Shown piece after piece: positions 1 through 8,603 of a DNA stretch of 64,000 nucleotides (the stretch's first letter is position 1; each line of letters opens with the position of its first letter). A program made the position numbers and the translations under genes. Under the pieces are notes generated by a model that was not told the DNA's origin, made no database searches, and saw only the letters and a program-made list of their open reading frames with translations. Location: positions 211,157 through 275,156 of the forward strand of contig JBFMHM010000001.1 in assembly GCA_040753015.1 (NCBI GenBank). Direction: 5' to 3'. This DNA comes from Candidatus Omnitrophota bacterium. GTDB lineage: Bacteria; Omnitrophota; Gorgyraeia; Gygaellales; JBFMHM01.

Positions 1-121
1 CCCTCGCCCCGATTATTTTAATTGAATTATTCATATCTGTTTATCCGCCACTAAACATTGGCGGATTATTTATCTTTTCTTTCGACAAATTATTGTAGAT
101 AAATAAAATTATACCAAAAAA

Positions 122-155
122 TAAGCCCCTGCGCAGTGCAATTTACAGGGGCTTA
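122..155 (-). terminator. Putative intrinsic terminator after the small basic protein
   Basis: 10-bp inverted repeat TAAGCCCCTG...CAGGGGCTTA, followed on the minus strand by TTTTT. Confidence 0.65.
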
Positions 156-169
156 AATTTTTAAAATAA

Positions 170-406
170 CTATTTCTTTTTCTTTTTGCCTCTTTTCATT
201 GCTGCGCAAGAAACATCGCCTTGCTTATCAATGAAATAAAGAAAACCTGGTTTTCTTTGAACGCCTAATTTTACCAGCTTCTTTGGACTGCCACCTTTTT
301 TCCCGCCTCTTGCCATTTTTGCGCAAGAAACATCGCCTTGCTTATCTAAATAATATAGATAGCCTTTTTCTCTCTTAATACCAGCCTTAGCAACTTTTTG
401 AGCCAT
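170..406 (-). CDS. Small Lys-rich hypothetical protein with an internal tandem duplication
   Basis: ATG at 406 preceded by SD GGAGGTG (413-419); two copies of G(Y/F)LY(Y/F)(L/I)DKQGDVSCAxMxRG. Confidence 0.8.
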   Translation of the reverse strand: MAQKVAKAGIKREKGYLYYLDKQGDVSCAKMARGGKKGGSPKKLVKLGVQRKPGFLYFIDKQGDVSCAAMKRGKKKKK

Positions 407-432
407 TTTTTTCACCTCCTCCCATAATTTTA

Positions 433-1239
433 TTATGTTCCAATCTTTATCGGGTTAAATATTTCCTTTAATGTTGCAACTGCTGAAAGCATAGCCAAAT
501 AAGAAGTTTTAGGATTATCTGGGCTTGGGATATTTTGAGTTTCAGTGATTATTTTGCCTGATTCTGTCTCAAGTTCAATTTTATGAATATTTCTCTTTAT
601 CTTAGAAGATGCGATAATTTTCACTTGAGTTTTTTTTGAGCCAATGCCTGCTAACGCAAGCGTTGCCGCTACGTTTATATTTTGTGGAAATGCCTTTGCC
701 GCTCTCAGAGCATTGCCGGTGAAAATAACCTTGCTACCATTTATTTTATCCAAATTAATCTTTTGTTTAACTACGTAAGGAGCGCCTTTTAACCCTTCAA
801 TTGGCTTTGTAGTAGTAAGTATGGCTTTTTTTATTTTTTTAATATTAGATGCTTTTACTCCATCAATGCCACAAATTGCGCCTGATGGCACATAAATACG
901 CCTATTTTTCTTTTCGGCAAGCTTAAAAAGATCTGTATTAGAAAGTAATCCACCAACGCTCATTATCAAAACATCACACCCAGAAGTAATAGCATTTTTA
1001 GCAATTGATGCTGAAAATTTTGAGCTTGATGCTTCAACAACTAAATCGCTTTTTTTAAAAACTGTATCCTGGCTGCAAACTAACGGCTTTGTTTTTAAGC
1101 TTTTAGATAATCTTATTGCCTGATTCTTATCTATATCACAAAGAGCGCAAACCCTTGCTTTTTTAGAAAATGTTTTTTCAATTTCTTTTGCAATATACGA
1201 ACCAATTGCTCCACAACCAATGATGCCAATTTTTAGCAT
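433..1239 (-). CDS. nadX: L-aspartate dehydrogenase
   Basis: Rossmann GCGAIG; SGAICGIDG, FPQNINVA and NPKTSYLA motifs. Confidence 0.9.
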   Translation of the reverse strand: MLKIGIIGCGAIGSYIAKEIEKTFSKKARVCALCDIDKNQAIRLSKSLKTKPLVCSQDTVFKKSDLVVEASSSKFSASIAKNAITSGCDVLIMSVGGLLSNTDLFKLAEKKNRRIYVPSGAICGIDGVKASNIKKIKKAILTTTKPIEGLKGAPYVVKQKINLDKINGSKVIFTGNALRAAKAFPQNINVAATLALAGIGSKKTQVKIIASSKIKRNIHKIELETESGKIITETQNIPSPDNPKTSYLAMLSAVATLKEIFNPIKIGT

Positions 1240-2069
1240 AAAATATTATCGATTAATCTTGTTTTACCAACCCATGCCGCAACTGCGATTAAAACCCTGC
1301 CGTTGATTTTACTTACTGGTTCTAAATTATTTGGATTAACTATTTCAATATAATCTAAATTTATCGACGGAACTTTATTTATTAGTTTACGCATTTTAGC
1401 TTTAACCGTCAATGAATTTTTTTCTACCGATGAAATTAATTTTTTTGCTAAAAGTAACGAGTTATATAAAACTGCCGCATCAGCCTTTTCTTGCGGAGTC
1501 AAATAGCTATTTCGCGAACTCATTGCAAGGTTATTTCTTTCCCTAACTATCGGCAAACCTTTAATTTTTATAGGAAAATTTAAATCACGGCACATCTTTT
1601 TAATAATTATGAGTTGCTGCGCGTCCTTTTGCCCAAAATAAGCAATATCTGGCTGGGCTATGTTGAATAATTTAGTTACTACTGTTGCAACACCCCTAAA
1701 ATGCCCTGGCCTTGTTCTACCACATAACACCTTTCCCAATTTATCCACCTCAACGAATGTCAACTGATTCTTATGCATTTGACGGGCACTCGGTAAAAAT
1801 AAAATATCTGCATCCTCATTTTCCAAAAACTTAATATCCCGAGATAAATTTTTTGGGTATTTCTTTAAATCTTCTTTTGGCCCAAATTGAATTGGGTTTA
1901 CGAATATACTCACAACTACAATATCAGTTTCTTTTTTTGCCGCACGCACCAATGATAAATGGCCATCATGAAGACAGCCCATCGTCGGTACAAAACCAAT
2001 AGTCTTGCCTTGTTTTTTTAATTTAAAAATATGGTTTCTTATCTGCGAAATGGTTTTAAAGATTATCAT
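1233..2069 (-). CDS. panC: Pantoate-beta-alanine ligase
   Basis: VPTMGCLHDGH, RPGHFRGV, GQKDAQQ, AMSSRN, RLIDN. Confidence 0.97.
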   Translation of the reverse strand: MIIFKTISQIRNHIFKLKKQGKTIGFVPTMGCLHDGHLSLVRAAKKETDIVVVSIFVNPIQFGPKEDLKKYPKNLSRDIKFLENEDADILFLPSARQMHKNQLTFVEVDKLGKVLCGRTRPGHFRGVATVVTKLFNIAQPDIAYFGQKDAQQLIIIKKMCRDLNFPIKIKGLPIVRERNNLAMSSRNSYLTPQEKADAAVLYNSLLLAKKLISSVEKNSLTVKAKMRKLINKVPSINLDYIEIVNPNNLEPVSKINGRVLIAVAAWVGKTRLIDNILC

Positions 2070-2476
2070 TTTATAATCTGATAAAGAGGTTTTAACACAA
2101 AATCGCGTTCAAGCATTCTTGGATGTGGAACTATAAGCTTCTTTGTTTTTATAATTTTATCAGCAAAAATTAAAATATCTAAATCAATTGTCCGCGGGCC
2201 AAAACGAATTGTTTTTTTGCGTTTTAAATTTTTCTCAATTTTTTTTAATACTCTAAGGAGCGATAAAGGTAAAAGCGTGGTTTTTATTTTAATTGCCCCG
2301 TTTAAAAATTTACCTTGAGGAATCCCTCCCCAAGGCTTTGTCTCAATAATTTTTGAAATTTTTACTAACTTTATTGCTGGGTTACTTTTTAGTTCAAAAA
2401 TTGCTTTTTTAATGTTTAGTTTGCGGTCGCCACAATTTGCGCCAATACCTAAATAAACAGTTTGCCAATTCTTGAT
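2066..2476 (-). CDS. folK: HPPK (folate pyrophosphokinase), absent from the ORF track; no canonical start codon
   Basis: Manual translation: VYLGIGANCGDR...ETKPWG...FLNGA...RFGPRTIDLDIL...VPHPRMLERDFVLKPL; its TGA overlaps the panC ATG; start uncertain (in-frame ATC at 2476). Confidence 0.85.
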   Translation of the reverse strand: MKNWQTVYLGIGANCGDRKLNIKKAIFELKSNPAIKLVKISKIIETKPWGGIPQGKFLNGAIKIKTTLLPLSLLRVLKKIEKNLKRKKTIRFGPRTIDLDILIFADKIIKTKKLIVPHPRMLERDFVLKPLYQIIK

Positions 2477-3633
2477 ACTGCCTCCTTGATGCGGCTAACA
2501 CCCACAGTTAGAGCAAATCTAATATATCCTTCGCCAAATTCACCAAAACCAACACCCGGTGTTGCAATAACATCGCATTTATCTAATAATAGTTTTGCAA
2601 ACTCCATTGAAGATTTAAATTGTTTTGGAATTTTTGCCCAAATATAAAAAGTGGCTTTTGGTTTTGCAACCTGCCAACCTAAATCAACTAAACCATCAAT
2701 AAGCGCATCGCGCCTTTGGCAATAAACTTTGCGCATTTTTTCCGGATGTGCTTGATCGCTCTGTAATGCAGCAATTCCAGCAACTTGAATTGCCTGAAAA
2801 ATGCCAGAATCAACATTGCTTTTTACCTTAGCTAACGCAGCGATTAACTTTTCATTGCCACAAGCCCAACCAATACGCCAACCAGTCATATTGTAAGTCT
2901 TTGAAAGCGAATGAAACTCTATTGCAATATCTCGACTACCTTCGATTTCTAAAATACTTGGCGGTTTTTCATTGTCATAGTATATTTCCGAATATGCCGC
3001 ATCACTTGCAATAATAATTTCTTCATTTAAACAAATATCAACAAGCCTGCGATAGAAATCACGGCTGGCAACTGATGCTGTTGGATTATTTGGATAACAA
3101 ACAAAAATTAATTTTGCCTTCTTTCCGCCAAAGGCGGATCCGCCTCGGGCGGAAATTGCTTTTAAATCTGGCAAGAAGCCGTTTTTTTCTTCCAGTGGCA
3201 ATATCTTTACCTTTGCGCCAGCAAAAATAGAGCCCGAATAATAAGGAGGATAACGCGGATCAGGTACAAGTACAACATCTCCCGGATTAATCAATGCCAA
3301 TGGTAAATGCGCAATACCATCTTTTGAACCAATTAAAGGATGAATTTCTTTTTCTGTATCTAAAGTTACATTAAATCTAGCATTCATCCATTCTGCAATT
3401 GCCTTTCTTAAATCAAGCAAGCCATTATCTAAAGCATAACGGTGATTTGCTGGGTCTTTCGTAGCTTTATTCATTGCCTCAATAATAAAATCTGGTGTGG
3501 GAGTATCAGGGTCGCCAATACCTAAATCAATAATATCGCGGCCTTGAGCACGTGCCGCCCTCTTCGCCTTATCAATTTCAACAAATAAATAAGGAGGCAA
3601 TTTCTTTAACCTATCAGAAAATTCAATATTCAT
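2449..3633 (-). CDS. dapL: LL-diaminopimelate aminotransferase
   Basis: PPYLF, DLGIGDPD, YPNNPT, SLSKTYNMTGWRIG; dap operon context. Confidence 0.9.
   Translation of the reverse strand: MNIEFSDRLKKLPPYLFVEIDKAKRAARAQGRDIIDLGIGDPDTPTPDFIIEAMNKATKDPANHRYALDNGLLDLRKAIAEWMNARFNVTLDTEKEIHPLIGSKDGIAHLPLALINPGDVVLVPDPRYPPYYSGSIFAGAKVKILPLEEKNGFLPDLKAISARGGSAFGGKKAKLIFVCYPNNPTASVASRDFYRRLVDICLNEEIIIASDAAYSEIYYDNEKPPSILEIEGSRDIAIEFHSLSKTYNMTGWRIGWACGNEKLIAALAKVKSNVDSGIFQAIQVAGIAALQSDQAHPEKMRKVYCQRRDALIDGLVDLGWQVAKPKATFYIWAKIPKQFKSSMEFAKLLLDKCDVIATPGVGFGEFGEGYIRFALTVGVSRIKEAVSRIGKLFI
3122..3155. repeat. Double-hairpin CCGCC/GGCGG palindromic element inside dapL
   Basis: TTTCCGCC-AAA-GGCGGA-TCCGCC-TCG-GGCGGAAA, translated as SARGGSAFGG. 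Confidence 0.8.
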
Positions 3634-3652
3634 AATTTTTCGTTTTTACTTT

Positions 3653-4363
3653 TTAGTTTAATATATCCTGCATATCATAAAGGCCAGGTTTTTTGTTTAC
3701 TAACCATTTTGCTGCAGTAATTGCCCCACTTGCAAAAATATCCCGTGTCTTTGCAAAATGAGATAGCTCTATTGTATCAAACGGCCCTTCAAAAGTAACC
3801 TTATGGTCGCCGATTATTTCACCTTCTCTTTTCACATCAAAATCTGTTACTTCAATACCACTTGCAGCTTTTATTATCTGTGCCAATTTTTTTGCTGTAC
3901 CAGAAGGTGAATCTTTTTTATGAATATGATGTGCTTCATAAATCTTAATTTTGTAATCTTTTAACTTTGAGGCTGCTTCTTTCAACATTCTAAATAAAAC
4001 ATTTACACCAATTGACATATTTGGCGAAAATACAACGGGAATTTTTTTTGCTACTTCTTTGATAACTGAAATTTGCTCAGCAGAAAAACCAGTTGTGCCA
4101 ATAACAATCGGCTTTTTATTAGCAAGACAAAATTTTAAATGTTCCAAAGTTGCCTCTGGCAAAGTAAAGTCAATTAAAATATCGCTATTTTTAATTTCTT
4201 CTAAATTAGAAGTGATTTTTATTCCCGAAATTTCTTCGCTAATTTTAGGAGAAGACGAGTGCTCAAGTAAAACAGTCACTTTAAAATATTTATCTGCCTG
4301 TGCAAGGTTTAAAATCCTTGTGCCCATCTTCCCGCACGCGCCAGCAATCGCTAATTTAATCAT
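3653..4363 (-). CDS. dapB: 4-hydroxy-tetrahydrodipicolinate reductase
   Basis: GACGKMG, GTTG, EAHHIHKKDSPSGTA; start placed at MIKLAI. Confidence 0.95.
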   Translation of the reverse strand: MIKLAIAGACGKMGTRILNLAQADKYFKVTVLLEHSSSPKISEEISGIKITSNLEEIKNSDILIDFTLPEATLEHLKFCLANKKPIVIGTTGFSAEQISVIKEVAKKIPVVFSPNMSIGVNVLFRMLKEAASKLKDYKIKIYEAHHIHKKDSPSGTAKKLAQIIKAASGIEVTDFDVKREGEIIGDHKVTFEGPFDTIELSHFAKTRDIFASGAITAAKWLVNKKPGLYDMQDILN

Positions 4364-4377
4364 ATTGTTTTGATTGT

Positions 4378-4483
4378 AATGCATACCTGTAATTTTTGAA
4401 GAGAAATAGCCCCGAAATTTCGGGGCGTACTATCCCGCCTTGGCGGGACAGTGATTTCGATAAAAAAATTATAGGTATGCATT
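4378..4483. mobile_element. MITE-like element with 20-bp terminal inverted repeats and two internal hairpins
   Basis: AATGCATACCTGTAATTTTT...AAAAATTATAGGTATGCATT (1 mismatch); internal GCCCCGAAATTTCGGGGC and TCCCGCCTTGGCGGGA. Confidence 0.6.
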
Positions 4484-4485
4484 AG

Positions 4486-5364
4486 TTATTTAATTAATTT
4501 ATATTGTTTTAATGCTTTTTTTAGTTTAGCTAAATTTTCCTCTTCCATCTCACACATTGGAAGCCTTAAATTCGGCTCACACAAACCCATTAATCCCATT
4601 GCCGTTTTAACTGGAATTGGGTTTGTTTCAATAAACATTGCTTTAATTAAAGGCAATAATTTATAGTGAATTGTTTGCGCCTTTTTAATATCGCCTTTTT
4701 CAAATGCGCTAACCATATCTGCTACATCTTTTGGGACAATATTTGCTACAACAGAAATTATCCCCGTTCCGCCAATTGAAAGAACCGGTAGAGTCAAGCT
4801 GTCATCACCAGAGATTAAATCAAATTTATCTCCGCACAATGTTTTAATCTGTGCCATTTGCTCTAAAGATCCACTTGCCTCTTTGACGCCAACAATATTT
4901 GGGCAATCCTTAATAAGTTTTGCAAATGTTTCTGGTAAAATATTTACACCTGTGCGCGAGGCAATATTATAAAGGATCAAAGGAACATCTACATTGTCGG
5001 CAATTGCTTTAAAGTGAAGATACAAACCTTTTTGTGTTGGCCGGTTATAGTAGGGCGCAATCTGAAGCGAAGCATCTGCGCCAGCAGCTTTTGCATGTTT
5101 AGTTAACCTAATTGCCTCTTCAGTTGAATTTGAGCCAGTACCAGCAATAACCGGAACTCTCTTGTTTACTATATCAATTACAAGCTCAATTACTCTTTCA
5201 TGCTCTGCGGTTGATAAAGTTGCTGACTCACCAGTTGTACCACAAGGCACAATTGCAGATGTCTTATTTTTAATCTGAAATTCAACTAAATTTTTTAGCG
5301 CTTCTTCGTCAATCTTTCCGTTGGAAAATGGCGTAACTAAGGCGACCATTGAGCCTTTAAACAT
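4486..5364 (-). CDS. dapA: 4-hydroxy-tetrahydrodipicolinate synthase
   Basis: GTTGES, PYYNRP, YNI, GVKEASG; start placed at MFKGS. Confidence 0.97.
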   Translation of the reverse strand: MFKGSMVALVTPFSNGKIDEEALKNLVEFQIKNKTSAIVPCGTTGESATLSTAEHERVIELVIDIVNKRVPVIAGTGSNSTEEAIRLTKHAKAAGADASLQIAPYYNRPTQKGLYLHFKAIADNVDVPLILYNIASRTGVNILPETFAKLIKDCPNIVGVKEASGSLEQMAQIKTLCGDKFDLISGDDSLTLPVLSIGGTGIISVVANIVPKDVADMVSAFEKGDIKKAQTIHYKLLPLIKAMFIETNPIPVKTAMGLMGLCEPNLRLPMCEMEEENLAKLKKALKQYKLIK

Positions 5365-6136
5365 TGTATTCTCCTTTGTATACAATTTTTACTTTTCCTT
5401 CTAACCAAACATCTTTAAAACTGCTGTTTTCGGATTTAAAATAAATTTTCAATATTTCGCCGGATCTTACTTTAACATTAATTTCTTTCTTATTAAGATT
5501 ATGGACTAAAGAAGCAACTAACGCCGAAGCAGCTGAGCCGGTGCCGCAGGCAAGCGTTTCACCTTCAACGCCACGTTCGTATGTCCTGGCTATTATATTT
5601 TTATCATCTACAACTTCCACAAAATTTATATTTGTTCCGCGAGGGCCAAAAGCCTTATGATACCTAATAAGCCTGCCAATCTCAAAAACATTAATTTTAT
5701 CCACGCCCTCCACAAAAATAACTACATGTGGCACGCCAGTATTAACAAAATTAACGCTTAGTTTCCTTTCATTAATTAATAAGGGAATATTTAATTTAAA
5801 ATCAACCGGATCGGTTAACTTAATCTTCACATTTTTGCCATGAATCTTTGATTCTATTATTCCAGCCAGAGTTTCGATTTTAACTTGCGGCTTATTCACC
5901 CAAAGAGCAGCACATCTTGCACCATTGCCACACATTTCTGCCTCACTACCATCAGCATTAAAAATGCGCATTTTTATATCTGCAATTTTTGATTTTTCTA
6001 TAACCAGTAACCCATCCGCACCAATACCATATTTCCTGTCACAGATATTATGCGCTAATTTACCTAAATTTTCACCCTCTGCAATGACAAAGTCATTACC
6101 AGATGCTACCATTTTTATGAAATTAAGCTTTTTCAT
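5357..6136 (-). CDS. dapF: Diaminopimelate epimerase
   Basis: GNDF, EMCGNG, ERGVEGETLACGTG. Confidence 0.96.
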   Translation of the reverse strand: MKKLNFIKMVASGNDFVIAEGENLGKLAHNICDRKYGIGADGLLVIEKSKIADIKMRIFNADGSEAEMCGNGARCAALWVNKPQVKIETLAGIIESKIHGKNVKIKLTDPVDFKLNIPLLINERKLSVNFVNTGVPHVVIFVEGVDKINVFEIGRLIRYHKAFGPRGTNINFVEVVDDKNIIARTYERGVEGETLACGTGSAASALVASLVHNLNKKEINVKVRSGEILKIYFKSENSSFKDVWLEGKVKIVYKGEYNV

Positions 6137-7379
6137 TTCTAATCAAATCTTCGTTAGTTTCTCTTATTCTAATTACGCGCACATTTTTATCATCGATCAT
6201 AACTTCACAGGCGCGTACCCGGGAATTGTAATTTGACGACATGCTAAATCCGTAAGCACCGCTGCTCATTATTGCCAGATAATCCCCTTCTTTTACGATA
6301 GGTAAAAACCTATCTTTTGCAAAACAATCAGCACTCTCGCATATCGGCCCCACTACATCATATTTTTGATTTTTAATTTTTGATTTTTGATTTTCAGATT
6401 TTGTCAAAGGCAAAATCTGGTGGTGCGCATCATATAAAGCTGGGCGAATTAAATCATTCATTCCAGCATCTACTATGATAAATTTTTTAAAGGGTGTCTT
6501 TTTTACATATAAAACTTTTGTTATCAAAATACCGGCATTGCCAACAATAAACCTGCCAGGCTCCATAATAATTTTTAAATTAGTCTTTTCTAAAATAGGC
6601 AATACTTTCTGGGCATACCTTAAAGCTGTCTGAGGTGTTTCATTATTATAAATTATCCCCAAGCCTCCCCCAATATTTAGGTATTCTAAGTTAATTTGAT
6701 TATCTTTTAGCATGTTTATAAATCTAACTACTTTATTTATTGCTGCAACAAAAGGCTCGCTTTCGGTAATTTGTGAACCAATATGAATATGGAGGCCGCA
6801 AATTTTTACGTTAGAAAAATTTTTCCGCAGAAACAATATTCTGTAGGCATTATCAAAATCAATGCCAAATTTATTAGTGATTTTTCCAGTTGTGATAAAT
6901 TTATGTGTTTTTGCTTCAACATCCGGGTTAATACGAATAGCAATATTTGGTATTTTATTTAATTTTTTTGCAATGCGATTAATATTGGAAAGCTCTGCCA
7001 AAGACTCAACATTGAAAAATAAAATACCTCGTCGTATTGCCTCTATAATCTCTTCATCTTTTTTCCCAACTGAGGCATAAACAATTTTGTTTGCCGGGCA
7101 TTTTACAGAAAGCGCTCTAAATAATTCACCACCAGAAACAATATCAAGCCCAGCACCACAAACAACAAGCGACTTTAAAATTGCAAGATTAGAATTTGCT
7201 TTAACAGAGTAACAAATTAAGGGATTAATCTTTTTAAAGGCAGTTTGTAATTTTTTGAAGTGGTCAATTAAAGTATGGTGGCTATACACATATAAAGGTG
7301 TGCCAAATTTTTTAACTAAACCACTTATTTTAACTCTCTCGCAATAAAACGCTTTATTTATATATTTAAAATCATGCAT
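6123..7379 (-). CDS. lysA: Diaminopimelate decarboxylase
   Basis: YSVKAN, HIGSQ, EPGR, GPICESAD, SSNYNSR. Confidence 0.97.
   Translation of the reverse strand: MHDFKYINKAFYCERVKISGLVKKFGTPLYVYSHHTLIDHFKKLQTAFKKINPLICYSVKANSNLAILKSLVVCGAGLDIVSGGELFRALSVKCPANKIVYASVGKKDEEIIEAIRRGILFFNVESLAELSNINRIAKKLNKIPNIAIRINPDVEAKTHKFITTGKITNKFGIDFDNAYRILFLRKNFSNVKICGLHIHIGSQITESEPFVAAINKVVRFINMLKDNQINLEYLNIGGGLGIIYNNETPQTALRYAQKVLPILEKTNLKIIMEPGRFIVGNAGILITKVLYVKKTPFKKFIIVDAGMNDLIRPALYDAHHQILPLTKSENQKSKIKNQKYDVVGPICESADCFAKDRFLPIVKEGDYLAIMSSGAYGFSMSSNYNSRVRACEVMIDDKNVRVIRIRETNEDLIRNEKA
6362..6389. repeat. Four tandem heptamers ATTTTT(G/A) inside lysA
   Basis: ATTTTTG ATTTTTA ATTTTTG ATTTTTG, translated as NQKSKIKNQK. 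Confidence 0.75.
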
Positions 7380-7382
7380 CAA

Positions 7383-8591
7383 CTAACCTTCTAATTCCCT
7401 TATCTTTCTTCCTATAATATCATGTGCATCTCTAAATGATATGCCTTTCTTTATAACTAATTCTGCTGCCTCATCTACTGCTGATAAACCAACATCTTTT
7501 AATGCCGCGTTTATCTTAGCAAGATTTAATTCTACCTTTTTTATAAATTTTGATATAATCTTCAATTCCTGCTCTATAGTCTCTACAGAAGAGAATAATG
7601 GCTCTTTATCTAACTGCATATCTCTATTGTAAGTTAAGGGCATGCCTTTCATAATTGTCAAAATAGCCATAAGATTCCCATAAATTTTTCCTGTTGAACC
7701 TCTAACTAACTCTAGGAAATCAGGGTTTTTCTTATGAGGCATAAGCGAACTGCCAGTACAAAACTCTTCTGGTAGATCAATAAAATTAAATTCTTTTGTT
7801 GAAAAAATTATCAAATCTTCGGATAAGCGAGAAAGATGCATTTGTAAAATACTTAAATCACTTAAAAATTCTATAATAAAATCTCTGTCGCTTACGTCAT
7901 CTATAGAATTTTTCGAAACACTAAATAAGTTACTTTGCGCAACATCTTTTATCGCCTTATCATAACACTCTTTTTTAATGAGACTCCCTGCCAAAGCACC
8001 CGCACCAATATGAATTTCAATTCTAGTTAAAAAATCAAAAATTCTTTTTTTATCTCTTTCGAACATATTGCAAAAAGCCCCAATATACTCAGCAAAATAA
8101 ATTTTTTGAGCTCTTTGAGTATGGGTATAGCCTACTATTAATGTTTTTCTATATTTATTACCTAAAAATTTTAAGGAAGCACCTAAATCAGCTAAAAATT
8201 TAACCAATAGTCTCCCTTTTTCATAACAATAGCTCTTCTCATCAAAAACAATTTGATCATTTCTTGAGCGCAAAGTATGCAATTTAAGGGCTAGTTTTCC
8301 TATTTTTGCCTCGACTTTATTATGAATATCTGTATGAATATCTTCTGATTGCATATTATGTTTAAATTTACCGCGATTAATTGTTTCTTGAATTTCTTTT
8401 AATGCAGATAAAAGAAATTGTTTTTCTTTTACAGATAAAATATTGGCCCAATACAAAGCAATCACATGTATAAGTGAATGCATAATATCATATTTAGCTA
8501 ATTTATGGTCGTATTGTATAGATTTTTGAAACTCAAAAAAATCTTTATCGATATTTTTTTTAAATCTACCTCCCCATAATTTCTTCGCCAT
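7383..8591 (-). CDS. argH: Argininosuccinate lyase (short C-terminus)
   Basis: KLWGGRF, RSRNDQ, GYTHTQRAQ, GSSLMPHKKNPD. Confidence 0.93.
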   Translation of the reverse strand: MAKKLWGGRFKKNIDKDFFEFQKSIQYDHKLAKYDIMHSLIHVIALYWANILSVKEKQFLLSALKEIQETINRGKFKHNMQSEDIHTDIHNKVEAKIGKLALKLHTLRSRNDQIVFDEKSYCYEKGRLLVKFLADLGASLKFLGNKYRKTLIVGYTHTQRAQKIYFAEYIGAFCNMFERDKKRIFDFLTRIEIHIGAGALAGSLIKKECYDKAIKDVAQSNLFSVSKNSIDDVSDRDFIIEFLSDLSILQMHLSRLSEDLIIFSTKEFNFIDLPEEFCTGSSLMPHKKNPDFLELVRGSTGKIYGNLMAILTIMKGMPLTYNRDMQLDKEPLFSSVETIEQELKIISKFIKKVELNLAKINAALKDVGLSAVDEAAELVIKKGISFRDAHDIIGRKIRELEG

Positions 8592-8603
8592 CTTTGCCTC
8601 GTT

